From Eledone cirrhosa (Eukaryota): a stretch of 64,000 bases of DNA. The notes beneath the pieces are model-generated. The model was not told where the DNA came from and did not search any database. It worked only from the letters and a program-made list of their open reading frames with translations. The position numbers were made by a program, and so were the translations under genes. Shown piece by piece: positions 16,033-29,431 of the stretch. The DNA is taken from NCBI GenBank assembly GCA_964016885.1, contig OZ024742.1, positions 2,728,001 to 2,792,000 on the forward strand, in the 5' to 3' direction. Numbering within the stretch: the stretch's first letter is position 1; the number at the start of each line of letters is the position of its first letter.

Positions 16033-16406
16033 GAATAATTGCCTTATGTTGTTTATTACATAACTATATATATATGTATGTATATATGTTTGTATGTTTA
16101 CCTGGTTTTATAATTTCAAAAATGTTTGCCAATAGAGAGAGAGAGTATCTAACATAGTTACAAGACTCTTTCATTGGAATTTATACATAAACTAGGTACA
16201 TATGCATGTATGCATGCATGTGTGTGCAGGTATGGATGTTAATGTATGTGTGGATGTGTATGTTTTGAGTTGTATGTGTGCATGTGTATATGCTTTGTAT
16301 CTGTACATGTGTATATACAGTTATTAAATGCAGAATTTTTGGAATGTTTTACATATTTTTACTATTCCGTTATTGGATTGTACTTGTAATTTCCTAACTG
16401 TATGTA

Positions 16407-16690
16407 TGGTTAAGAGAGTGGGGCTGGCTTTGTGCAGTGCCTTTGCTCACTATAAAAGCTTCACGGCACAGGCATTGCTTTATATCTGGAGATCTCTCTG
16501 CACTTGTCGTCACATGGTTCCACGGGCCTAGTACTATGAGTCAAGAATTGTCACAAGTGTAGTGTTTGTACCAGAGTTTTCAAGTCGCTGGCTGGACTAA
16601 AAAGTCACACTCGTTCAGCGCATCAGTAGGAGTTCTCCTACATGGATATAAAGTAGTGGCCGTACTCGAAAACGAGTTGGCAGCCACCAT
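16407..16690 (+). mobile_element. RTE-derived bipartite non-autonomous element, copy 1
   Basis: 5' part resembles the RTE 5' UTR at ~17680-17755; 3' part encodes HKCSVCTRVFKSLAGLKSH like the RTE C-terminus; near-identical to 54008-54288. Confidence 0.7.
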
Positions 16691-17074
16691 GTATATATGT
16701 ATATATGCATGAATGAATGCATACATGTATCTATGTATGTATATGTTTGTATGTATGTATGTACGTTTATATAGAAATATATATATATTTTTTTATTATT
16801 AAAAAAATGTTTTATCTTCAGTTGTTGTAAATGTTCATTTCATTTCATTCTGAAGATGTTGTTGTGGAAACATTAGTGCCGGTGTTGTTGTTGTAGATGT
16901 TGGGTTTGAAATCTGGTCGTTTGACTGAGTGATGTATATACACACACATACATATATATATTAAAAGAGTAATAACACACACACAACACAACAACATCAA
17001 CTGCCGCCACCACCACCACCACCATCACCAGCGATCGGGCCTTAAGAAAACAATAACTTAATAATAATAATAAT

Positions 17075-17220
17075 TTTTCTGCTTTTGGAATTGAGCCAGC
17101 GATTGTCCCAGCGCATTACTGGTGCTCTCTTTTGTTGATTCCGTGGGGATGAAAGGCAAGGTTCACCTCGGCGGGATTTGAGCTCGGAGCGTGGAGGGCC
17201 ATAGTTCTATGCTGTAAAGC
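17075..17220 (-). mobile_element. tRNA-derived SINE (resembles Octopus SINEs from recall)
   Basis: Shares gagttc..cgccgaggt..ttgcctttcatcc with copies at 17795 and 55370; next to (TAA)n. Confidence 0.65.
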
Positions 17221-17479
17221 AATTATAATAATACTGAACGGTAACACGAACGGCTTCGATTATACGAACTCTTTCGAAAGTCAACAGTTGACATAATCTT
17301 GAAATCTTGTAACATTAATGACGGTAATATATACAGTGTGTGTACATAATATGTGTGTGTGTAAGTGAGGAGCGTGTGTGTGTTTGTTTGTAAGCATGAG
17401 TGTTGGTGTATGCGTGCGTGTGTATGTGTGTGCGTGTGTGTATGTCGTACGTATGAGTGTCAATAAGTGATTTTTTTTA

Positions 17480-20400
17480 TGCGCGTGGACATAGAAATAA
17501 TCGGGCTGGATGCCCGATCGCGCAGTTAAACCACTGGGAGTGAAGAACCCCTAGCCCTTGTCAGGGCATTCTTCTAGGAGAAGGCATCTCAGGAAACTGG
17601 ATTAACTCCGACATAAAACCTGCGGCTCAGTAGTTACCGATGATGTTGATCTTTTCTTCTTTTCGGGTTATAGCTACTGTCGCTCAGAGAGTGGGATTGG
17701 CTCAGTGCACAGTCTTTCCTCACTTTAAAAATATTCGTCACGCACAGGCATTGCACGAGTGCATTAATAATTATTAATAGTGTATTATTATTATTATTAT
17801 TATGGGTTGGCAGTATCGGTAGAGGGTCGGCCGCTATGCTTTGACGCATAGAGTTACGGCCCTTACCATTCTGAGTTCGATTCTCGCCGAGGTTAACTTT
17901 GCCTTTCATCCTTACGGGGTCGATAAAGTAAAGTACCAGTAATACACTGGTGAATTGTTGGCCTTGTACCAAAAAGTAGAAACAGTTATTATTGTTACTA
18001 TTATTATTACTTTTTTTCTTTTTCTTTCCCAATTCAATGATGTTCCAAAACAAAATAAAATAGATAATTGACAATAAGGGTTCTGGAACAAAAGAGATAA
18101 TTGGCAATAGGGGCAGGGGGCTTAAGTTATCACCGCCTGGGCCCGCTCGTCATCGTGCCACTGTAATAGAGCCAAACAAGGCATTTAGTCTTGGCTGTTG
18201 GAATGTACGGAAGCTGCTTGACCGGGATCCCTTGGGGCGTCCTGAACGAAGGACCGCTCTTGTTGCAAAGGATCTTGACATCGTAGCTTTATCTGAGACG
18301 AGGTTAGCTGGAGATGGTCATCTTACAGAATTTTCTGGAGAATATACATTCTTCTGGAAAGGAAGAGATGAAGGAACCAGAAGAGAGGCTGCGGTATCAT
18401 TTGCGATTAAGACTGCTCTTGTGAATAAATTAGAAGAATTCCCAGTAGGGATTTGTGAGCGTCTTATGTCTATGAGAACTACGCTGGACAAAGGAAGATA
18501 TACGACCCTGGTGAGTGTGTATGCTCCCACTATGAGTTCTGTCGATGAGGAAAAGGTGTCCTTTTACCATGCTTTGAAAGGTGTTTTAAGAAATATCTCA
18601 GGCAGACAAAGTCATCGTGTTTGGTGACTTTAATGCTAGAGTGGGTAGGGATTTTAACACATGGAATGTAATTGGAAGGCATGGGCTGGGAAAGTGTAAC
18701 AACAATGGTATGCTTCTGCTGCAGATGTGTGAGGAGCTGGATCTGTGTGTTACCAACACCATGTTCCAACAAAAGAACAAATTTAAGACTACATGCATGC
18801 ATCCTGCATCTAAGGAATGGCATCTTTTGGACTATGTCCTTGTCAGGATGTGTGACAGACGGGATGTGCAATGTGTTCGTGCTTTTCGTGGAGCTGAGTG
18901 CTGGACGGACCACCGCCTGGTACGCGCAAAAGTGAAACTAATCACTAAACGTAAAATCCGGGCTCCCGGTGTTACTCTGCCCAGAAGATTGAATGCTGCT
19001 CGTCTTAGGGATAAAAATGTGAATATGACATTGCGAGAAGAGATGCAGGTTGCAGATCTTGGTGAGGATTGGCCGATCCTTAAAAAGTCGGTATATGATG
19101 TAGGCAGGCGTGTTCTGGGATTGGTGCAGAGAAAACATCAAAACTGGTTTAATGAGAATGATGAACATATAGAAGACTTGTTGGTTGATAAGAGGCGTGC
19201 TCTGTTACGCAACTTGAAAGCAAAACCACAGGAGAAGGAACTCAAGGATGTGAAAACATGTGTTAGGCGGAGTCTTTCTCAGATGAAGGATCAGTGGTGG
19301 AGTGAGAAGGCTGATGAGATACAAGCTGCGTCAGATTCCAATAAGACAAAGCTGTTGTACAGTCTTTTGCCTGAAGTTTATGGACCGTCTTCTTCTCTGG
19401 TGACACCGCTTCGCAGCAAGGATGGCAAATAACTTCTTCGTGACTTACAAGGAATTCTACGAAGGTGGCAAGAGCACTTTCATGAACTTTTGAATCAGCC
19501 GTCTGTCGTCAATGAAGATTTCCTCAATCTCATTCCAGAAAATCCTGTGAAAGTAGCTCTCGCAGAACCTCCGACGCTTGTTGAGGTTGCAGTGGCTATC
19601 TCGAAGCTGAACAGTGGATGGTCTCCAGGTATGGATGGCATACATGCAGAGCTCCTACAATATGGTGGTGAGAGACTTCTTCAACAGCTTCACTCTTTGT
19701 TTGGCAGGATATGGGCTAAGGAATCCGTACCTGAGGACTGGAGAGATGCAGTAATGTTGGTCCTGTACAAGGGAAAGGGTAACAGGAATGATTGAGGGAA
19801 CTACAGAGGTATATAATTGCTTTCTGTCGTAGGGAAAGTTTTATGTAGGGTGCTTCTGGACCGTCTGCTGACACACATTGCCGATTGTGTTCTTCCTGAA
19901 AGTCAATCTGGTTTTCGTGCTGGACGCGGCACTACTGATATGATCTTTTCAGCTAGACTGCTGCAGCAGAAATGCATGGAATAAGGTTTGGATCTGTATC
20001 AGGTTTTTGTCAATCTGACAAAACCTTTCGATACTGTTAACAGAAATGCATTATGGAAGGTTCACCAGAAACTTGGTTGCCCTGATAAGTTCCTTGCTAT
20101 GGTTAGGTATTTCCTTGATGACATGAAGGCTTGGGTTTATGTCGGAGGTAACATGTCGGAGCCTATCTCAGTAAAAAAATGGAGTGAAACAGGGGGATAT
20201 TCCAGCACCGACCCTGTTTGCCATATACATTGCAATGGTTTTCTATATTGCATTCAGGAATTGTGAGCATGGTGTTTACATCCGATATCGAACCTCTGAC
20301 AGCATATTTAACATCAGGCTCTTTGCTGCAAAAACAAAAGTATTTACATCAATCATAAGAAACCTCTTGTATGCAGATGATTGCGATCTTGTAGCGCACA

Positions 20401-21549
20401 CAGAGAGTGATGTGCAGCACATTTTGAATGCATTTTCTGACGCTTGCACTGACCTAGGATTGACTGTCAGTCTCAAGAAAACCGTCGTCATGTACCAACC
20501 TGCCCCTGGTGGGCAGTACAGTGAGCCAAGTGTCTATATGTATGGTAAACGACTTGGGCTGGTTGATCAGTTTGTCTACCTGGGAAGCACTGTCAATCGA
20601 TCAGCAACCTTGATAGTGAAATCTCACTTAGGATTAGGAAAGCAAGTGATGCTTTCGGAATGCTAGAAAGGCCACTCTGGGGTCGGCGAGACATATGCAA
20701 GAAGACAAAGGTGTACAAGGCATGTGTGCTCTCTTCTCTTCTTTATGCCTGCGAGACCTGGGTAACATATCGACACCACCTTAAGCAATTGGAGCGTTTC
20801 CATCAGATGTGTCTCAGACGGATCCATGGCGTTCACTGGAGGGACCACATCAGTGATGTCGAGATTTTGGAAAGCTCTATGTGTGACAGTATAGAAGCTC
20901 TTGTGCTTAAGCAAACACTCCGTTGGAGTGGTCACCTTGCCAGGATGAAGGATTCTAGATAGAATACCAAAACAACTCTTTTATGGAGAGTTAGTTAAAG
21001 GAAAACGACCTCCACATAAACGAACGAAGATGTATAAGGATTCCTTGAAAGCCTCTTTGAAACACGCTATCATCTCTGCTGATACATGGGAAAATGTTGC
21101 TGCTGATCTTACTAAATGGAGAAAGACTGTATATGAGGGGAAAGTCGCCTATGAGGCTCCTCGAATCGCATACGAGAAAGAAAAAGCGGGATGTGAGGAA
21201 AGGTATTACTGTTGCATTTCCAGACGGCGAAGGTCCTACTATGGCGCTGACATGCAGCGTATGTGCGAGACTCTGCCTAAGCAAAGCTGGACTCGAAAGT
21301 CATCTTAGCAGTCATAAAGTAAGACCAGTGGTTGACTACCAGGCTGCTGTTGGAGATGCTACTCATCCTGCTTGCCTAGCATGTGGTAGAGAATGTAAAT
21401 CAGCAGGAGGGCTCAAGCGACAGACAAAAGTACACGAACTCCAACCACAGCCGACTATTCCCAGTGAATATTTTGGTAGCCAAATCTGTGCAAGACATTT
21501 TAGATCATTGGCTGGGCTAAAAACCCACATTCGATCGCAGCGCTGTTAG
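17480..21549 (+). mobile_element. RTE-clade LINE, near full length, with many stops and frameshifts
   Basis: 5' UTR motif ctaggagaagg..aactccga; APE GCWNVR, ALSETR, GDFNARVG, LDYV, TDH; RT LYADDC; LRWSGH; three C-terminal C2H2-like fingers. Confidence 0.9.
17795..17985 (+). mobile_element. tRNA-derived SINE inserted in the RTE 5' region
   Basis: A-box-like tggcagtatcgg, B-box-like gagttcgattc; (TAT)n on both sides. Confidence 0.75.
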
Positions 21550-21662
21550 TTGCTATTGTGTGTGTGTGTGTGTTTAGATATGTTTATATGTGTGTGTGTG
21601 TGTATATATATGTGTATATTGTTGTTGTTTTTGTTGTTGTCGTTTTTGTTATTGTTGTTGCT

Positions 21663-23810
21663 GCTACCAAGAGCAGGGCAGGCAACAAACGCAGAAGCCC
21701 CTTCCACGGTGAGTAGGAGGGCAACGTCTGTGGTACCCGTAACAAGGCCACGGACAACTAAAGCAGCAGCATCAGTGGCGGCAACATTAATAGCTACATT
21801 TGAAGTAGCTACACCAGCAACAAAATTGCCTAAGAGGGCTCCACTTCCACCACCAACAGCCGTGGAGCACATACCCCTCCCAGACGCCACGGAATCCGAC
21901 ATGGAGTTTGAGGCGGGAGGGAAGTGGCAAATTGTCTGCCACAAAAAAAAACAAAAAAGAAAAAAACCCTTAGATTCACCCTCCAAAAGCGAAGGCACAC
22001 ACAGAAGGGTAAAGGCAGCAATGAAACTTGCAGCAACACCACCACCATAATCATAACCACCACAAGCACCACCGCCAACAAAAACCACAACACCACCAGC
22101 ATCACCAAAAACACCAACAACGCAAACAAAACAAAACACACACACCTAACAGCAACAAAATCACCCCTCCCCCCAAAAACTACAGAGCCATAAACATGGC
22201 AAAAAAAGAACTCATACAATATATAAAGCAGCACACAGACATCACAGAAAAAAACTACTACACCCCACCAACACCAAGAACTCTCCCGACAAACATAAGC
22301 ATCATTGAATTCTCAATAGAACAGTACAAACCTTTAAAACAAAAATTCACCAACGCAGTTGGAGACTTCACAGGGTCGGTTACCAAGAGGATATACACTG
22401 ACATCCTCTTGGAAACACTCATGACCAGCCAAATGGACGGTTCTACTGTCCCTTCACCACACGATCAAGGTAAGTGACCCTTTCTCACTTGCTCCGTTTC
22501 TCATCCAACATGGCCGTACTCAGAATAGGCAGTATAAATGCACGTGGCCTGGGGTCATCTTGGAAGCAGGGTTACCTGCTCATGGACCTCAGGTCACTAA
22601 AAATTGATGTGGTGGCCATCAGTGAGACCAGAATCTCCGAAGCACAAGCCTTCTCACCGATCTTCGGCGGCTACGATGTATATGCATCTCCCAGTCGTCC
22701 AGGATCGGAGGGAGGGGTTGCCGTCCTTTTAAGGAGGGGCTTGGAACTCGCCATACGGGCCATCTTCCTAGACCCAGAAGGTAAGTCGGTGGTGCTGGAC
22801 GTGGCCGGCAGCGTAGGAAATACTTTCAGGCTAGTAGCCGTCTACGCCCCAACAGGGGCAGGACGGCCAGATTTCTTCAGACTTCTAGAAACCTTTCTTG
22901 GAACGTCCCGCTCTTTAGTGTTAGTGGGCGACTGGAACGGTATCTTGGATGCACGCTGGGATTGTGTGGGGCTAGTGGTAGGGGAGGAGGGTGCAAGAGC
23001 CTCACCAAACTGCTCAGACTTTTTGAACTGTCTGACAGGTATCGACTGGATCACCCGAATGTGCCAGTGTGGACATGGACAAACCGCATCGGGTCATCCA
23101 GATCGTATCTCGATAGGGTATTCTGCAGAGAACTAGATAAGGCTAGTATAAGTTGTCCACAATTTAAAATAGTCGGCTACACAGACCACAAATTTGTGAT
23201 CTGTGAGATCGACATAGACAGACTTCATAGACAAGGGCCCGGTTACTGGAAGCTGACCGCGACTTTACCGGCGCGCAAAGCCTACAGAGACCGGATTAAC
23301 GTATTAATTAAGCGGGTGTTGACAAGATTAAAAGTGTTAAAGACAGACACTTTCCTCTTCGGCGAATCCCTAATTAACTTTTTCAAGTTTCATTTGCAGA
23401 AGAAAATCAGGGTGGAGAGGCAAGTGCTGCCTTCTAGCAAGTTTGTTGAAAGGTGGGTGAATGTAGCGAGAATGGTCCGAGTGAACGGGACCGCTCTGAA
23501 TATACGTCGGTAGTTTGAGAAATGGAAAAATTGAGAGAGGGCGCTTGCCCTGGTGGTCAGGGTGGCCGTGGTCTTTTGTGTGGTTTTCGCCACGAGTAAC
23601 CCTCGGATGTTTCCCCCCTATTGGTGAATTTTACATCGTTTCATTTTTATTGTTTATATATATATATATGCTTCTATGTCCTTTTTTCTTTTCTTATATA
23701 AATAATAAAAATATTTACACGCACAAAACCCACATCGTACCGTCCTGTACCGTCCTGTGCCGTCTGTAATGTTTTTCTTGATGTCAGCCCTTGTGGCCAA
23801 TAAAGAAATC
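21663..23810 (+). mobile_element. Tx1/L1-like element A: 5'-truncated, ~2.4-kb internal deletion at ~23323
   Basis: ORF1 C-terminus, APE from ATG 22510 fused to the ORF2 C-terminus; tail cccttgtggccaataaagaaatc(att)n. Confidence 0.9.
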
Positions 23811-23827
23811 ATTATTATTATTATTAT

Positions 23828-26800
23828 GGCCGCACATGTATGAAGACAGACAAGTCGGCGGGGGAAAAGGTTCGTAGCTTTAAGCTGTCTTAAAGTGTCT
23901 TTTTTTTGTATTTTCTTGTCATTAACGAAACTTAAGGTACACATCATGATTTAAAGAGAGGGATACCTCTCAATATTCGGGCTTTAAGCCCGAATATTCA
24001 GATTTATTTTTTAAAAACTTCGAAAAAAATCGCTTCCCTACCAAAAGAAAATTATGGAAATTTTCGACCTTGAAACGGTAAACAACGTTCAGGTCAAAAG
24101 TTTAAAGGCAGCCACTGCAGATTTCACCACCACGACTACGACGGCTACAGTCATGCCTGTCATCCACTCTACTGAATGTGAAGGCAAAACTAAAAAGCTA
24201 CCATCACAACCTTCTGCCATAGCAGCAGTATCATCTGAAAACGACATCACCACCACCGGACACGAAAAGTGGAACTTGCGAGCCAAGCAGAGGTAGAAGC
24301 TGCTTTGGAGTACATCGGAAGTAACAAAGCAAGAGGCAAACAGTTCGGTACCATCTCGGTACTGTTCAAAACCGAGGCCCTCGCTATTAAGCACTCGGTG
24401 ACCCCCTGCAGAACGGAACGCATTATCATGCATGCGTCCTATATGGGTAAAAGGACAGTGAAGGTACGCATTCCCAGCATCCCACCAGGAATGAACATAT
24501 GGTGGCAGCTGGGATGCGTAATCGAGGAGAGGACAGACACCACCCTCCTGGACATCAAAAGGACAGAGAGAGAGGACTGGTCCGGAATGGATTTGGAGAT
24601 TCTTCTCCAAATGAAACCGGAAGACATGAATAATATCCCAGATTTTGCCCGCCTGCAGGACGGGACAACAATCCAACTAATGATTGACGGAAGAAGGCCA
24701 CGCTGCTTCGTTTGCGGGGAAGCCACGCATCTTCAAGCCTTCTGCCCTCAGCGCAAAAATGCAGGGGGTCGCAAACCTCCTTTGTTGCCAACGCCAGTGT
24801 CAGCAGGGAAAGCTGCACCACCACCACCACCACCAAAAACAATAACAACAAAAACACGGACACCAACATCAAAAGCAGCCGGATCACCACCAACACCAAA
24901 ACCAATCCAAGGAGAAAACGAGGAAAGCTCTCCCACTCCCCCTACCCCCCCCCCTCAAATTATACACACAGACAAAAAAAAAATAAACGCACACACAGAC
25001 ACAGAGACACTCACAGACACAGACCCTTTGTCTTCCAGCAGCGAAGATGAAGGAAAACCCAAAAGTGCAAAAAAACAGAGAAAACTCACAAAAAAAAGCC
25101 CCAACAAAACACAAAAACACACACAACAAAAAATACAGACACCACTAACGCAAACACTTCCCCAATAACATCAGCATCATCAGCAACATCGACACCACCT
25201 CCACAATCCCCGAAACGCAAACAACCTAAACAAACACAAGTACAAATAAACACACAAATACCTGAAATTGCAGACACCACACCTACAACAAACATAGACA
25301 TACCCGAAACAACACCACCAAAACCATCGCCACCACCTTCACCAAAACGAAAACAAATAAAACCACACCAACAAAATGTTAAAAACTTCGTGCTTGTCAG
25401 AAGGGCCAACGATAAACTGATGGCCCTCTTAGCGCGAAGCGAGGACATTCAAACAGAGGGGGAGATTTTTGAAATGAGCACATTTTGCGAGCCAGAAGAT
25501 TTGCTTCTGGTCCGAATGTCACTCAATTCCTTCAAAGAAATTCGAGAGAACTTTCCTCAAGACGTGGGAAACCCGAATGTGAAACCCACATCAAGACTTT
25601 TAAAGGGGTTCCCAAAAGAAACCCCACCAACCATGGAGGTCGAACTACCCGACCTTCACAAGACCCGGGAGGTAAGTAAACCTTCCCTCTCTCTCTCTTA
25701 GCTTACCAATATGGCCATATTAAGAGTAGGAAGTTTAAAGTTCGCGGCCTGGGGTCACCCTGGAAGCAGGGTCGCCTGCTCAACGACCTCCGGTCGCTGG
25801 AAATGGATGTGATTGCCGCAAGCGAGACTAGAATATCCGACACGCGCACACTAGCCCCCATTTTCGACGACTATCAGATCTTCGCATCTGTTAGCAGGCC
25901 GGGAATGGGGGTGGGGTGGCAGTGCTGTTTAGGAAAGGACTGGATCTCGAGGTAAGGTCGATCTTCCGGGACCCGGACGGTAAGTTGGTGCTCTTGGATG
26001 TGAGCAGTAGCGAAAGTGGTGCCTTTAGACTGCTGGCCGTCTACGCCCCTACAGGGGCCGGACGACCTGACTTCTTTAGACGCCTGGAGACCTTTCTGGG
26101 TACGTCTCGCCCTTTACTGTTAGCGGGGGACTGGAATGGCATCTTAGACGCACGCTTGGATTGTGTGGGAGTAGCCGATAGGAGCGGGGGGTGCAAAAGC
26201 CTCAAGCACCTACTCAGCCAGTTCCAACTGTCTGACAGGTATCGACTAGATTTCCCCAATGTGCCAGTATGGACATGGACCAACCGAATGGGGTCATCTA
26301 GATCGTATATAGACAGAATCTTCATTAGGAAAGTAGATAGAAATAGTGTGGGCTGTCCACTTTTTAAAACGGTCGCCTATTCAGATCACAAATTTGTGAT
26401 CTGTACGGTCGACCTAAATAAAACGCGTAGGTTAGGACCGGGTTACTGGAAGCTGAACATGTCATTTCCGGCACGTAAGGCTTACAGGGACCGAGTCAAC
26501 AAGTTAGTTAAGCAAAAGTTGACAGGGGGATCATCAACAACAGATGGTGGGGGGCTCTCAAAAGAGAGATTAGAGTAACTTCGATAGAGTTCAGCAAAGA
26601 ACTAGCGTTAGAGAAAAATAGAAAGGAGGGGGAGCTGGTAGATAAGTTAGACGAGGCTATTTGTAGTGGCATCGCAACTGACGTGCTAGCGGCGAGAATG
26701 GCATTAGACCGTTTCTTCAATGCCAAACACGAAGATTGCATCGTCAGAGCTAAGGCGCGTGCGCTGAGAAACGAGGGAACTAAAGCTGTTCGATGGGCCC

Positions 26801-29393
26801 GCGTGGAGGAGGCGCAGCGTGGTAATAAAACCACAATTCGGTCGTTGGCGGACCGAGACGGACACGAGATAAGCGATTCCAAGCGGATGTGTGAGGCCTT
26901 TTGCCAGCACTTTGCTCGGTTGTTCAGGGAGAGTGGCGAGTCAGAGAGAGTAGCGGATTTCAGTCCCTACCTTGACGGCTTGCCGCGCATCTCGACGGTC
27001 GACGCTGAGCGCTGCGAAAGGCCGATTACTTCAGCCGAAATTCAGGACGCCCTTGTCGGCTGCATGAGGCGCAAGTCACCCGGTTTGGATGGTCTGCCCT
27101 ACGAGCTTTACGTAAATATGCCAGACTTGTTCTCCGAACTCCTCGAAGCACTCTACTGTAACTGACAGCAGAATGGGAGTATTCCCAGTTCTGTGAGCAG
27201 GGGAGTGGTGACGCTGATAAGGAAAGACGAGAACAAGAGGGATACATTAGACAACTTCAGGCTCATAACTCTGCACAACACAGAGTTTAAGATTTTGGCC
27301 AGTGTGTTAGCGAAGAGGTTGGCGCTTGTCGTCGAGGATTTGGTTGGGGCGGCGCAAACTTGCGCAATCCCAGCCAGGTCCATACACGACAATCTCCACC
27401 TCATGCGATACATCATAGAGAGGGTAGGGTGTAAACCTGGCTTCGGTAGGGCACTGATCAATTTAGATCAATCGAAAGCATTCGATAGGGTCGACCATCG
27501 GTATCTGGAGTTTGTCCTCAAAGCAGCTTTAGCCCTGTCTTCAGAAGCTGGATCGTTGCAATGCACAGCGGCACACGCTCGTTGGTCAAGGTTAATGGCC
27601 ACCTCTCGGAACCATTTAGGCTCTCCCGATCGGTCCGTCAAGGGTGCCCTCTCTCTTCCCTTCTGTACGTATTGACTCTCGAGCCTTTACTGCGGAAGCT
27701 GGAGCTGTTGCAGGGCATCCCGCTCGAACCGGGACGTGGAACGGCGGTGTCGGCTTATGCGGACGACATCACCGTGATGGTGTCGAACACCTCAGAAATC
27801 GAGGTGGTCGGCACCTTATTGAAGGAATATGAAAGGTTGACAGGAGCCAAACTTAACCCGGAAAAGTCGGTGGGCTTGCAGCTCGGAACCTGGAGAGGCA
27901 AGCCCATGCCGTCCAACAGCGTCGTGGTGCGCTGGACGGACGGACCAGTAAAGTTGCTCGGGGTTTGGTTCGGACCAGACCTCCAGGTGGAAAAGAATTG
28001 GGACGAGGTAACGAGCAGAGTAGCCAGTCTCACCCAAAAATGGGCTGGGAGGAAGCTATCACTGAAAGGTCGCGCGGAGGTGGCGAATGCGTACATCGCG
28101 TCCGTCATCTACTACCGCCTAACCGTCGTGCCTTGCCCCCGTCCGCGCCTCGTCAAGTTGGAACGGCTCCTCTTGTGGAGGGGACAAGTTCCGTTGGTGA
28201 GGCGGTCCATCTGCTGCCAGCACCCTCTACGCGGACGGCTGCGCATGCCGTGGCTAATGATGCGCAGACATGCGTTGAGGCTGCGACATCTCCAGATATT
28301 CTGCCTCAATGGTGAACAGGTGTGGTCGCCGTTTATCAGACGGGCCTTTCCGCAGCTCATTTCTTTGACTGAGCTGCAGTCCTGGGTCAAGAAGAGACCG
28401 AGACTGGGTAACTGGCACCTGGAATGTTGCCAGGCACTCACTGCTCTCTACCAAGTGGTCAATGCGATCAGTGGAACTTCCACTCTCAAGTTCTATAGAG
28501 GATTAGTGGTGGGAAAGTGCGATGACGCACTCGGAGAAGCTTTGGGCCTCGACGAAGTCTAACTGACCAGTCTGTACCGGAGGACTTTTGAGCCGCGGAC
28601 GATGGACAATTTCCAGAAATCCCTCGCTTGGCAGTGCTACCGGAGGGCACTGGCGGTTGGGGATAAACTCTACAGGCACGGAAATGCTGTCCGACGGACC
28701 TGCCCAAGATACGCACAGAACGACGAAACCGTTCTGCACGCACTTGTCCAATGTCCGTGCATTACTGACTTGTGGAGTTATCTCGAACAGCTACTGTCGC
28801 GTGTGGAACGAATCCGGCTATCGGCCGAGTCCATAGTGAAGATCGAGCCGCCACCTTCCTTAGGTCAGGAAGAGCAGGACATTTTCCTCTGTCTGGTGGC
28901 AGTTGCGAAAGAGATTATATGGTGGACCAGGTTGAAAGGACTAAAGACAGACACTTTTCTCTTCGGCCAATCCCTCATCAACCTCTTCAAGTTTCACCTG
29001 GAAAGGGGGGTGAGGGTGGAGAGAGAAGTGCTTCCCCCCAGTACATTTGCTAAAAGGTGGGTGAATGTGGCGAGAATGGCTCGTGTGAATGAGCCTACTC
29101 TGACCATACGCCTATAGGCTGGCTAACTTGAAGAGAGGGGTGCTCTCCTGGGTACCCTAGAAGCGCAGGGTGGTTCAGGATTGGTGGGGTACCCGAATTG
29201 CCCCAGGGTCGTCCACCCCCTATCGGGGAATTTATTTTGTTATATTTATGCATAGTTTATTTTATATTTTTATATTTTCATTGTTAAATTAGTCTTGCCA
29301 TTGTGCACTTTTACTCGACCTTATTGTAAACCCCCACTGTCCCTGTCTTTGTATTGTCCCCTACATGTCGGCCCTTGTGGCTAATAAATGAAA

Positions 29394-29395
<2 letters not shown>
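23828..29395 (+). mobile_element. Tx1/L1-like element B: full length, decayed, most divergent copy
   Basis: ORF1 24054-25701 with CFVCGEATHLQAFC knuckle; ORF2 25711-29117 with GDWN, YADD; (ATT)n both sides. Confidence 0.92.

Positions 29396-29431
<36 letters not shown>

Larger units (their letters stand above)
14001..16066 (+). mobile_element. Inverted copy of the 3' end/pLTR of the 6762-13968 Penelope element
   Basis: 14001-14330 is the reverse complement of ~11350-11679; ~14600-16066 is the reverse complement of ~6826-7345 plus ~9170-10040, without the nested insertions. Confidence 0.85.

Noticed and set aside
16845-16880. ctgaaga...gaaac motif
   Set aside because: No supporting stems
23300-23340. 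Internal deletions in A (~23323) and H (~51860) as splice products
   Set aside because: Junctions do not coincide with the conserved donor or acceptor; they look like DNA deletions or template jumps
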